Shown piece by piece: positions 9,091 to 18,794 of a DNA stretch of 64,000 nt (positions are counted from its first letter, which is position 1; each line of letters starts with the position of its first letter). Under the pieces are notes generated by a model. It saw only the letters and a list, made by a program, of their open reading frames with translations. It made no database searches and was not told the origin of the DNA. The translations under genes and the position numbers were made by a program. The stretch is from positions 83,057-147,056 of the forward strand of contig JBCCHT010000032.1 of the NCBI GenBank assembly GCA_039028615.1, in the 5' to 3' direction. Origin of the DNA: Myxococcota bacterium (GTDB lineage Bacteria; Myxococcota_A; Polyangia; Nannocystales; Nannocystaceae).

Positions 9091-10481
9091 TGAGCGACGA
9101 GCCGAGTCCCACCCTCCAACTTCGCACCAGCACCATCGCCGAGCTGCCCGAGGTCCTCGACCGACACGGCATCAAGCACCACAAGATCGGCATCTTCGAT
9201 ATCGACGGGGTGCTGCGGGGCAAGTACGTCGACCGCAACAAGTTCCTGTCGGTGATGGACAAGGGCCTCGGCTTCTGTGACGTCGTGCTCGGCTGGGACA
9301 GCGCCGATCAGCTCTACGACAACGCCACCGTCTCGGGCTGGCACACCGGCTATCGCGACGCCCCGGTCACCCTCGACCCTCAGACCGCTCGCCTGCTGCC
9401 CTTCGAGCCCAACACGGTCATGGTGGTGGGAGGCTTCTCCGGCGACTACGAGGCGGTGTGTCCCCGCGGCGTGCTGCGCAAGATGATCGAGCGGGCGGCC
9501 GCGCTGGGCTTGGCCCCCAAGGCCGCGCTCGAGTACGAGTTCTTCGTCTTCAACGAGACGCCCCACAGCGCCCGCGAAAAGGGCTACCGCAACCTCGAGC
9601 CGCTGACGCCGGGCATGTTCGGGTACTCGGTGCTGCGCAACAGCGTGCATCACGAGCTTTACCACGAGCTGCTCGAGACCATGACGGCCATGGATTGCGA
9701 GATCGAGGGCCTGCACACCGAGACGGGGCCCGGGGTCATCGAGGCCGCGCTGCGAGTCGATGAAGCGCTGCGAGCCGCCGACAAGGCCGCGCTGTTCAAG
9801 ACCTTCACCAAGGTCCTCATGCAGCGTCGCGGGCTCATGGCCACGTTCATGGCCAAGTGGAGCAACGACTACCCGGGGCAGAGCGGGCACATCCACGTGT
9901 CGCTGTGCGACGAGGAAAGCGGGGCCAACCGCTTCTACGACGACAAGGGCGAGCACCAGATGAGCGCGCTGATGCGGCACTTCGTGGCCGGTCAGGTGCG
10001 CTACATGCCCGAGCTGCTGCCGATGGTGTGCAGCACGGTCAACGCGTTCCGACGCCTGGTGCCCGGGATGTGGGCGCCGACCCACGCCAACTGGGGCGTC
10101 GAAAATCGTACGACCGCGGTGCGGGCCATCCCCGGGGGCACCAAGGGCACGCGCTCCGAGTATCGAGTGGGGCCGGCCGACGCCAATCCCTACCTCGCCC
10201 TCGCGGCGGCGCTGGGATCGGGCCTGCGGGGCATCGAGCAGAAGCTCGAGCTGTCGCCGCCGGTCTCGGGCAACGGCTACGAGAACCCGGGCGAGGGCGC
10301 AGCCTCGTTGCCCGGCACCCTGCGCGAGGCCACCGAGGCCTTCCGCGGCTCCGAGGCGGCACGCGAGCTGTTCGGCGACACCTTCGTCGATCACTTCGCC
10401 GCCAGCCGCGACTGGGAAGACCGCGAGAATCGCAAGCACGTGAGCGACTGGGATCTGTCCCGCTACTTCGAGATCATCTGA
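9090..10481 (+). CDS. Glutamine synthetase-like gamma-glutamyl-amine ligase
   Basis: DIDGVLRGK, EYEFF, HTETGPG, TFMAKW, GHIHVSL, WGVENRT, DANPYL. Overlaps the ALDH stop (TGATG). Confidence 0.92.
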   Translation: MSDEPSPTLQLRTSTIAELPEVLDRHGIKHHKIGIFDIDGVLRGKYVDRNKFLSVMDKGLGFCDVVLGWDSADQLYDNATVSGWHTGYRDAPVTLDPQTARLLPFEPNTVMVVGGFSGDYEAVCPRGVLRKMIERAAALGLAPKAALEYEFFVFNETPHSAREKGYRNLEPLTPGMFGYSVLRNSVHHELYHELLETMTAMDCEIEGLHTETGPGVIEAALRVDEALRAADKAALFKTFTKVLMQRRGLMATFMAKWSNDYPGQSGHIHVSLCDEESGANRFYDDKGEHQMSALMRHFVAGQVRYMPELLPMVCSTVNAFRRLVPGMWAPTHANWGVENRTTAVRAIPGGTKGTRSEYRVGPADANPYLALAAALGSGLRGIEQKLELSPPVSGNGYENPGEGAASLPGTLREATEAFRGSEAARELFGDTFVDHFAASRDWEDRENRKHVSDWDLSRYFEII

Positions 10482-10493
10482 CGGAGCCGAGCC

Positions 10494-11684
10494 ATGAGCG
10501 AGACCTCTTCCCCGATTGGCAACTTCAACTATCCGGCCGCCTATCGCATCGGGTGTGGGCGTCGCAGCGAGCTGCCCGAGGCCTGCGCGCAGCAGGGCAT
10601 GGCACGGCCGCTGGTGGTCACCGACCCCGGCGTCGCCAAGCTCGAGTGGTTTTCCGCCATCGTGCAGGGGCTGCGGGCGGCCAAGCTCGGGGTCGAGGTC
10701 TTTGACGCGGTGGCGGCCAATCCCGACGGCGCCACGGTCGAGGCGGGGCTCGCCGCCTATCGCCAGGGCAACCACGACGGCATCGTGCTCATCGGCGGCG
10801 GCTCGGCCATGGACGCGGGCAAGTGCATCGCGCTTCTGGCCGACAACCCGGGCACGGTCTTCGACTACGAGGACGTGGGGGACAACTGGACGCGGGCCGA
10901 CCCCGCCAAGATCGCCCCCATCATCGCCATGCCCACCACTTCGGGCACGGGGTCCGAGGTCGGTCGCGCCAGCGTCATCGTCGACGCCAGCGATCACAAC
11001 AAGAAGATCATCTTCCACCCCAAGATGCAGCCCGGCTTCGTGCTCGCCGACCCCGAGCTGACCTTCGGCCTGCCGCCCTTCATCACCGCGGCCACGGGCA
11101 TGGACGCGCTGGCCCACTGCTTCGAGGCCTTCTGCGCGCCCGGCTATCACCCCATGGCCGACGGCATCGCCATCGAGGGCATGCGACTGGTCCGCGAAAA
11201 CCTCCCGAAGGTGTTCGCCAACGGTCACGACGCCACTGCGCGCACGCACATGATGATGGCCGCCTCGATGGGCGCCACCGCCTTCCAGAAGGGCCTGGGC
11301 ATGGTGCACAGCCTCTCCCATCCCTTGGGCGGAGCGACGGGCATCCACCACGGCCTGGCCAACGCGATCTTCATGCCCTACGTCATGGAGTTCAATCGCG
11401 ACGTCATCGAGGACCGCATGGTCTGGCTGGCGCGGGCGCTCGACCTGCCGCGCCCCGGTTTCGACGGGGTCATGGCGTGGATGCTCGAGCTGAGGGCACA
11501 GCTGAAGCTGCCGCATACGCTCGAGGGCTCTGCGCCCGGCTTCGACGAGGCCATGGCCAAGCGCCTCGCACCGTTGGCGGGCCGCGATCCCTCGCAGGGC
11601 ACCAACCCCAAGCCGGCCACCGACGCCGAGCTCGAGGCGGTGTTCCTCCAGGCGTGGCGCGGCGAGCTGGCTTTCTCCGGCTGA
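10494..11684 (+). CDS. Iron-containing alcohol dehydrogenase
   Basis: GGGSAMDAGK, PTTSGTGSE, GMDALAH, HSLSH and HHGLAN metal-binding motifs. Confidence 0.95.
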   Translation: MSETSSPIGNFNYPAAYRIGCGRRSELPEACAQQGMARPLVVTDPGVAKLEWFSAIVQGLRAAKLGVEVFDAVAANPDGATVEAGLAAYRQGNHDGIVLIGGGSAMDAGKCIALLADNPGTVFDYEDVGDNWTRADPAKIAPIIAMPTTSGTGSEVGRASVIVDASDHNKKIIFHPKMQPGFVLADPELTFGLPPFITAATGMDALAHCFEAFCAPGYHPMADGIAIEGMRLVRENLPKVFANGHDATARTHMMMAASMGATAFQKGLGMVHSLSHPLGGATGIHHGLANAIFMPYVMEFNRDVIEDRMVWLARALDLPRPGFDGVMAWMLELRAQLKLPHTLEGSAPGFDEAMAKRLAPLAGRDPSQGTNPKPATDAELEAVFLQAWRGELAFSG

Positions 11685-11694
11685 GCCGCGACCG

Positions 11695-12771
11695 TCAGAC
11701 CATCGGCCGGGACAGCCCCGCCCGGTCGATCGCCTTTTGCGGCGAGAGGCCGTCTCGCATCAGCTCCAGTGCCTGTGCGATGTCGGGCGTGCTGGGGTCG
11801 AGCAGATCGGCGAGCTCGTCGAAGGATCGCGGGTAGCGTTGCGTCAGCCGTAGGCTGTCGCTGCCTTCGCGGAGCAGCTCCAGCCCGGTCAGCTCGCCGT
11901 TGGTGCGCTCTCTTCGGACGCCCCGCAGCTCCCGCCAGGGGATCTGGATGCTCGGCGACGAGCGTGAGCCGAGCGAGAGGCCTTCGCCGTCCAAGGTCAG
12001 GAAGCGATGGGCGAGCCATAGCTTGACGGTGCCGAAGGACAGAAAACCGAAGGTCCCCACCGCCAGCAGGAGCAGTACGTGGGTGAGCCAGTAGTTCATC
12101 GAGACCGCGAGGAACCCGAAGAAGCCGACGATGGCGACGGTGAGGCCGACGATGAAGATGAAGCTGCTGGGGCTGGCCTCCCACCGCACGGGGCGTTCGA
12201 AGCGAGCGGCGCAGAGGCGGGCGAAGTCGCTGCTGGCCTTTGGGTCGCGAGGGGACTGGCGGTCGAGGTAGTCGAGCAGTCGCTGCTGGATGGTGGAGGC
12301 GGTGACGTCGAAGCCGTCGTCGGGGATCTCGAGCACGCCCTGCGGGGTGGTGATGTGCAGGGCGCTATCGCTGACCCCATTGACCGTGTAGGTGTGGGTC
12401 TTGAGCTCCCCAACCGCCGACCACGGCAGCTCGCGGTCGAAGCGGCGCAGCCACGGCAACAAGATGATCTTCTTGGACCAAGCCACGCGCAGGCCCTTGG
12501 GGCGCGCGACGACGAGGTGAGGGATGAACCACGCGTGGACGCCCCGGGTCGCGGTGAGCACGGCGTAGGGCATGAACAGGAACGAGGCGACGACGAGCAG
12601 AGGCGAGACGGACTCGGCTCGGGTGCCGAGCGAGGTGGCGGCGACGCAGCCCAGACCGAACACCAATCGGAGGATGCGGGTGTTTCGGCCGCCCTGGGCC
12701 AGCACGACGGAGCCCGACTCGTCGCCGGAGGCTCGGTAGGGATCGGACGAGCCCGCCACGACGACCAGCAT
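11695..12771 (-). CDS. Hypothetical membrane protein with two TM-hairpin plus PH-like units
   Basis: Two hydrophobic hairpins, each followed by a beta-rich segment (GL...LPWSAV; LTLDGEGL...IPWRELRGV). Start uncertain. Confidence 0.65.
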   Translation of the reverse strand: MLVVVAGSSDPYRASGDESGSVVLAQGGRNTRILRLVFGLGCVAATSLGTRAESVSPLLVVASFLFMPYAVLTATRGVHAWFIPHLVVARPKGLRVAWSKKIILLPWLRRFDRELPWSAVGELKTHTYTVNGVSDSALHITTPQGVLEIPDDGFDVTASTIQQRLLDYLDRQSPRDPKASSDFARLCAARFERPVRWEASPSSFIFIVGLTVAIVGFFGFLAVSMNYWLTHVLLLLAVGTFGFLSFGTVKLWLAHRFLTLDGEGLSLGSRSSPSIQIPWRELRGVRRERTNGELTGLELLREGSDSLRLTQRYPRSFDELADLLDPSTPDIAQALELMRDGLSPQKAIDRAGLSRPMV

Positions 12772-12830
12772 ACTGCGACCACCCGGCGCTGGGGTGGGGG
12801 CGATGACGCAAATCCTGGTACGGTTGGGGC

Positions 12831-14210
12831 ATGGATACGACGCGCGGCGCGTCCTCCAGCTCCGACCCTGCAGCCGGCGAAGGCTCGTGGGTGCTGACGC
12901 TCGCGTGCTCACCCCGGCTGGAGGCGATTGGAACTTCGTTGTTGGTGCCGCGCGGTGTGACCCTGCCGCTGGGGCGGCACCACCAGGAGTTCGGGCCGGA
13001 TGCGCTGGCCGATCGCCGGATCTCACGGGAGCACGCCCGCCTGCGCGTCGACGACGACGGCACGCTGGTGGTGGAGGACTGCGGCAGTCACAACGGCACG
13101 CGACTCAATGGTCGGCGGGTGTCGGTGGCCTCGCTCCAGCGCGACGATGTCCTGGCGATGGGCGGGGTGGTGCTGCACGTCGACTGGGACACCGACTCGC
13201 GGGTGACGGGCGCGGTGAGTCGCCTCGAGCAGGAGCTACAGCAGGTCGCCGAGCATGCCTCCGCCGTGCTGCTATGCGGGGACGCCGGGACGGGCAAGAG
13301 CTGGTGCGCGCAGCGGCTGCACGAAGGCTTCGGTCGCTCGGGTACGCTCGTCGTGATCGACTCGGCCCTGGTGCGCGACGACGACGTCGATGAATCCCTG
13401 CTGGCTCCGGCCGACGGAGGCACGCTCGTGGTCGAGGGTCTCGAAGGGGCCGGACCTCGGCTTCAGGCCCACCTGTCCGCGGTGCTCGATCACGGTCGCA
13501 CGCAGGGCCCGGGGGCGATCGATGCTCGGGTGGTGGCCACGAGTCGACGCACCCCGCTGACGGCGGACACGGGCACCGACGCCGCGCTGCTCGCTCGAAT
13601 CGGCCGCTGGACGATGCACCTCGCCCCGTTGGCGGCACGGCGGCACGAGATTCCCCGGCTGGCCGCGGCGATCGTGCAGCAGCTCGCGGGGGAGCCGATC
13701 CCGATTCGCGCTCGCTTCATGCACGAGCTGCTCGTGGCCGACTATCCCGCCAACGTGCACGACCTCGAGGCGACACTGGCCCGGGCGCTGCACGAGCGAC
13801 AGCCCGGCGAGCCCTTGGCCGCGGTGGCGAGCGCCAAGCCTCGCGCCGCGCCGCGTCCACCCGCAGCGAGCGGACCGGCCTTCGAACTCGATGGGGAAGG
13901 GCGGTGGCTCTCGGCCGGGGAGGGCGAGCGGGCCGAGCTCGAGCACCGACCCGTGCTCATGCGCGTCTTGGCGGCCCTGGTCACCCGCTACGCCGAGGCC
14001 CGAGGCCAGGTGCTTACCGCCGAGCAGCTCATCGAGGTGGCCTGGCCCGACGAGAAACTCACCGGGCGCGCGGGGATCAACCGCCTGTACGTGGCCATCT
14101 CGACCCTTCGCAAGCTGGGGCTGGGGCAATCGCTCGAGCGCACGCGCAGCGGCTATCGGCTCGATCCGTCGGCGCGCATTCGGGTGTCGGCGCCGGGCGA
14201 GTCGGGCTGA
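12831..14210 (+). CDS. FHA domain plus degenerate sigma54-type AAA+ plus winged-helix regulator
   Basis: FHA motifs GR, ISREHA, SHNGT; Walker A GDAGTGKS; YPANVHDLE; C-terminal LIEVAWP...LYVAISTLRK...GYRL (OmpR-like). Confidence 0.85.
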   Translation: MDTTRGASSSSDPAAGEGSWVLTLACSPRLEAIGTSLLVPRGVTLPLGRHHQEFGPDALADRRISREHARLRVDDDGTLVVEDCGSHNGTRLNGRRVSVASLQRDDVLAMGGVVLHVDWDTDSRVTGAVSRLEQELQQVAEHASAVLLCGDAGTGKSWCAQRLHEGFGRSGTLVVIDSALVRDDDVDESLLAPADGGTLVVEGLEGAGPRLQAHLSAVLDHGRTQGPGAIDARVVATSRRTPLTADTGTDAALLARIGRWTMHLAPLAARRHEIPRLAAAIVQQLAGEPIPIRARFMHELLVADYPANVHDLEATLARALHERQPGEPLAAVASAKPRAAPRPPAASGPAFELDGEGRWLSAGEGERAELEHRPVLMRVLAALVTRYAEARGQVLTAEQLIEVAWPDEKLTGRAGINRLYVAISTLRKLGLGQSLERTRSGYRLDPSARIRVSAPGESG

Positions 14211-16768
14211 GGCGGGTCTTCGAGCTGCTGCTGCGCCCGCGCGCGGCCCTGCTCGAACTGCTCGCGGTCGGCCACGGGCGCGGCGTTTCCGAAGGCCGCC
14301 AGCGCGGCATCGAAGTGCTCGAGCGCGGCCCGAGCATCACCCCAATCGAGCGCGATGAAGCCCAGGCCTCCGCGCGCATAGCCGGCTCGCCACCCCTGGC
14401 CGCCTTCGCTCCCGGTGAGGATCGCGAGCGCGCGGCGATAGTGCTCGGCCGCGGCGTCCGGCTCACCCGAAGCCCGCTGGGCGTCGGCGAGGTGAACGTA
14501 GGCGTAGGCGACCGCGGGATGTTCGGGGCCGAGCGCATCGCGGCGGATCTGCAGGGCCTGCTCGAACAAGGCCCGCGCCGCCGCGGCCTCCCCCTGGGCC
14601 AGTCGCATGCGCCCCAGGTTCGCCAGCACGGGGGCCAGCGTCGGGTGCCGAGGTCCCAGGCTGGACGTCGTCGATCGGCGCGCGCGCTCGAGGTGCTCGA
14701 TGGCGTCTTCGGTGCGCCCCAAGTGCGACTCCACGGCGCCGAGGTTGCTCAGCGCTCCGGCCACGCTGGGGTGCGCAGGGCCGTAGGTGAGCGACAGGGC
14801 GGTGACCGCTTCATCGAGCGCCTCCCGGGCCACGCTCGGGTCGCCATCGGCCGCGGCCACCGTGCCCAGGTTGTTGAGCGTCGCGGCCACGGTGGGGTGA
14901 TGACGCCCGTAGGCCTCGCGTTGCAGCGCCAGCGCTCGTTGATAGTCGGCGCGGGCGGGGCCCAGCTCTCCGCGCTGCGCGAGCACGCCGGCCCGGGCCA
15001 CGAGGGCCGCGGCGTGGCGGCGTGGATCGGCCAGTCGCTCCGCGGCGGCCATCGCATGTCCGATCCACGGTTGGGTCTCGTCGGGGAGCTGCAGCCGGAT
15101 CCCCAGCACGGTGACCATCATCGTCGCGGCGTCGGCCGCCAGCCGCCCTTGACCGGACTCGGTGGCGAGGTAGTAGGCATCCTCGAGGGCGGGGCGCGCC
15201 GCGGCATAGTCCCCCGCGCGCTCGTGCAGGCGACCGAGACGAAACTGTGCCTCGGCGAGCAACGGAGGGTAGGCGAGGGCCTGGGCCCGGACGACCAACG
15301 CCTGCGCGCGCTCGAGCCCGGGCGTGACGCGTCCCGCCAGGTCGTCGGCGTGCACCTGCGCCAGCTCGTCGCGCAAGGCTACGGCCTCGGCGAGCTTGTG
15401 CTCGGGCAGCGGCGGGATCGAGCCCTCGAGACCGGCGTCGAGACACTCCGCGGGCGGAGGCAGCGAAGCCGCGGCCGCGGCCGCCCGGGCGACGAGGTCG
15501 GCATCCGGCGTCACCAGGCGGCTCATGAACGCGGAGAGCTGACGGCGTCGTTGGTCGAGGCAGTCGAGTCGTCGGCCTCGGCGATCGTCGTCGGTGGCCG
15601 GCGCGGCGCAGGCTTGGTCCCAGCCCAGCTGCCAGGCCTCGAGCCACCGATCGAGCCGTTGTCGCGTGCGCTCGGCCGCCGCGTCGGCGCCCTCGGTGCC
15701 CGTGGCGACGAAGTCCGAGCGCAGGCTGGCCATGCGGCTGTCGTTCCACTCGGCATCCACCGCGGCCCGACCCGCCTCGCAGCGCGTGGGGGCTCGGTCG
15801 CCGCCGAGCGCCCACAGGCCCGCGCCCAGGATCGCAGCCCCCAGCCCGACCACGACGGCCCGCGGCCGACGAGAGCGTCGCGGATCGATCTGCTCGAGCA
15901 AGGGCCCCATGTGCGGGAAGCGTCGGCCTGGTTCGCGCTCGAGGCCGCGGCGCAGCGCCGCGTGAACCCGCCCGGGAATGCGGCCGTCGGGGGCTCGCCA
16001 ATCCTTGGTGGGCTCTGCGGGACCGGTCAGGGCCTCGCGCAAGGCGACGCAGAAGGAGTACTGGTCGGTGCGCTCGTCGAGCTCCTTGCCCGCGTGCTGC
16101 TCCGGCGACATATAGGCGGCCGTGCCCGCTCGCGAGGGGCGGGTGGTGGCGCGACTGGTCGTCGTGCGCACGGCCGCCACGGCCAGCCCGAAATCGGTAA
16201 CCCGCGCCAGTCCGTCGGGCCCCACCAGCACGTTCGATGGCTTGAAATCACGGTGCACGAGCTCGGCCCGATGGGCGGTGGCCAGGCCTCGGCCCGCGCC
16301 CACGAACATCGCCAAGACTTCGTCCACGGTGCGGCCTGGTCGTCGGCACCAATGATCGAGGGTGGGTCCGTCGACCAGCGCCATCGCGATGAACACCCGA
16401 TCGTCGTGCACCCCGGCGTCGAACACCTCGACCACGTGGGGCGACGAGATTCGAGCCATGGACCGAGCCTCTTGCAGCAGTCGTTGCTGCTGTCGCTCGC
16501 TCATGCGATCGGAGCGGACCAGCTTGATGGCGATCGGTCGCCCCAGCTCCTCGTCGAACGCGGCGTGCACCTCTCCGAGTCCCCCGCGACCGAGTACGTG
16601 TTCGAGGCGATAGCGACCAATGCGAGCCGGCGGAGGGCGGTGTACGAGCCCATGGGGGGCCGTTGGGCCTTCCCGATCCCGGGCTGGACTGCCACCCCAC
16701 GACGCCTCGCTGGAGGCTCCTCGTGTCGCAGTTTCGGTATTTTGGCCCGTGTTTGGACTGTACTACAT
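14153..16768 (-). CDS. Ser/Thr protein kinase with TM and TPR repeats; start anomalous (ATG at 16768 followed by TAG)
   Basis: IGRYRLEHVLGRGGLGEV lies upstream of the track's GTG at 16570; AIK, HRDFKPSN, DFG, GTAAYMSPE, TM, TPRs (YGRHHPTVA etc.). Confidence 0.85.
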
Positions 16769-16874
16769 CCCAATCGATCCGGAGCCAAAGTGCAGCGCGC
16801 TCTGCCGTATCGACGTTCGAGCGGGGGCGCGCGTTTAAGTGGGGCCTTGGCCGAATCCGCTCCAGACTGCCGCC

Positions 16875-18002
16875 ATGCCCCACGTCCCCGCTGCGAGTCC
16901 CCCGTCTCAGCCTTCCTCCCGACCTCACCGACGCGGGTGGAAAACCATGCTGCTCGGCGTCGGCATCGCCATCGCTTCCGTGAGCGGATGGGTGGCGGCC
17001 AGCTCGGCGACGGCCCATCCCTTGCCCACCCAGCCCCAGCGCATCCCGGGGGTCGAAAAGGCCAGCACCAGCACGACGCTCGAGGTGGTCGGCGGAGACC
17101 TCAAGCTCTCCGCGCTCCGCAATGCGCTCGGATCGAAGGCCACCGCGACCCGGGTCGGCGGTCGCATTCGCGTGACCGGGGCGTCCAAGGGGCAGCTCGC
17201 GGCGGCCGTGCATGGCCTCATCGGAGGCAAGGGAGCCTCGATCACCACGCAGGGGCACTCGGCCCGAACGAAGCGCCTGACGGGGCGCGAGGTCAATCGG
17301 CTCAAAGCGATCAACGAAGGCATGGTCGCCTACGGCTTGTCGCGCAACTTCGGCCAGGGCTTCGACGACGCGGGTGACGGCGAGCAGAGTCGGGTGCAGC
17401 GATCGGTCTACCCCGTGCCTCGCTGCACCCGGATGGAGTGCGCGAGCTGTGGCGATCCCCCCGAAGCCGGTCTCGACTGCTCCGACCTCAAGCGAACCCG
17501 CGACGATGCCCTGGACGAGCTGTCCGAGCACGAGGCCAAGGTGGCCATCTGGCAGGCGGCGCTGCAGGCCCACAAGGACATGGCGTTCTACGGCGGGATC
17601 GCGGGAATGATCGGCGACATGGTGTCCGCCGCGTCCACGGTATTGAGTGCAGGCACGGCTACGGGCGCTTCACGAGCCGCGGCTCGCCTGCTGATCCAGA
17701 TGGCGCGAGACGGTGCGCTCGAGGCCCTGATGGAAGAGCTGGGGATCCCGGGGCTCGCCGACATGACCGAGGCCATGGTCGAGGAGCAGCTGTCCCAGGC
17801 AGAGACCGCTCGCGTCGCCGCGGCCGCCGCCTACGATGCAGCGCACCAGGCGTGGGTCGAGTGCATGAACAACCCGGCATCGATGAGCCCGGCCGAACTC
17901 GCTCAGCATCGCAAGGAACTCGGCGCGTGGAATCGCTGCCGGTACAACGTCTACATGGGCCTGGCGCCACAGTGTCAGCTGGTGGAGTTCCCCTGCCCCT
18001 AG
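16875..18002 (+). CDS. Hypothetical secreted Cys-containing helical protein
   Basis: Signal peptide ending SSATA, eight Cys, heptad-like helices flanking a Gly/Ala-rich hydrophobic segment. Confidence 0.7.
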   Translation: MPHVPAASPPSQPSSRPHRRGWKTMLLGVGIAIASVSGWVAASSATAHPLPTQPQRIPGVEKASTSTTLEVVGGDLKLSALRNALGSKATATRVGGRIRVTGASKGQLAAAVHGLIGGKGASITTQGHSARTKRLTGREVNRLKAINEGMVAYGLSRNFGQGFDDAGDGEQSRVQRSVYPVPRCTRMECASCGDPPEAGLDCSDLKRTRDDALDELSEHEAKVAIWQAALQAHKDMAFYGGIAGMIGDMVSAASTVLSAGTATGASRAAARLLIQMARDGALEALMEELGIPGLADMTEAMVEEQLSQAETARVAAAAAYDAAHQAWVECMNNPASMSPAELAQHRKELGAWNRCRYNVYMGLAPQCQLVEFPCP

Positions 18003-18210
18003 AGGCTACATCGGCGCCACTGTGGTGGGATACCTAGAGTCTCCCCACCATCCCGCGCAAGCCCTCACGTTTCATTCGGTCCCGCGTTCCGATTCCAGGA
18101 GCGCGGGATTCGTGTCTCAGAGGCATGAGCGGCCGTCTCCAGGTGTAGGGCGTTTCCCTGTCCTTTGTAGGGCCGTATCGCAAGCGGGCTCTTCCATATG
18201 GGACTGAACG

Positions 18211-18618
18211 ATGTACGATTGGCCCACGATGGCCGCCGACGGTTCGATGCCCTACGACGACCTGCAGACGCAGGAAGAGGTCGAAGACATCATGGGTCCC
18301 GAGGGCGGCGCCGTCGTCCTCGACTTCTGGTCGCCGACCTGTGGTCCGTGCATGGCCATGGCGCAGGACTTCAGCGACGTGGCGTCGCAGTTCGATCGCG
18401 CAGAGGTTCGGTTCTGCAAGGTCAACACGATGGCCCACCCCGAGCTCGCCGAGCCCTTCAACATCCGGTCGGTGCCCACCATCGTGTTCGTGCACGACGG
18501 CAAGATCCTCGACGGGGTCGTGGGTCGCATGTCGGCCAAGGACCTCGGCGAGAAGTCCGAGTGGTTGTTGGGTCGAGCGCAGCGCAAGCCCGGCTTGCTG
18601 AGTCGGATCTTCAGCTAG
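18211..18618 (+). CDS. Thioredoxin family protein
   Basis: VLDFWSPTCGPC, KVN, NIRSVPT cis-Pro motif. Confidence 0.9.
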   Translation: MYDWPTMAADGSMPYDDLQTQEEVEDIMGPEGGAVVLDFWSPTCGPCMAMAQDFSDVASQFDRAEVRFCKVNTMAHPELAEPFNIRSVPTIVFVHDGKILDGVVGRMSAKDLGEKSEWLLGRAQRKPGLLSRIFS

Positions 18619-18794
18619 CCGCGGCACGCCGAACCGACACCGCCGCTGCGCACCCGTGGTTGTCCCCCACGCGCGGCGTGCCGGACTCGGGCAACGCCAC
18701 CGCACGGGCCGGGGGTTTCCCCGGGCATCGACGGGCTGCCTACAGGGGGACCCCCCCGCAGCCCGACATCTTTGGCATCTAGGCGTGGATTGCC

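Noticed and set aside
9090..10481. Housekeeping glnA
   Set aside because: Catabolic operon context and divergent sequence fit a gamma-glutamyl-amine ligase better.
8967..11516. 849 aa minus-strand ORF
   Set aside because: Antisense to the GS-like and Fe-ADH genes.
13904..17377. 1157 aa plus-strand ORF
   Set aside because: R/G/A-rich shadow of the kinase gene.
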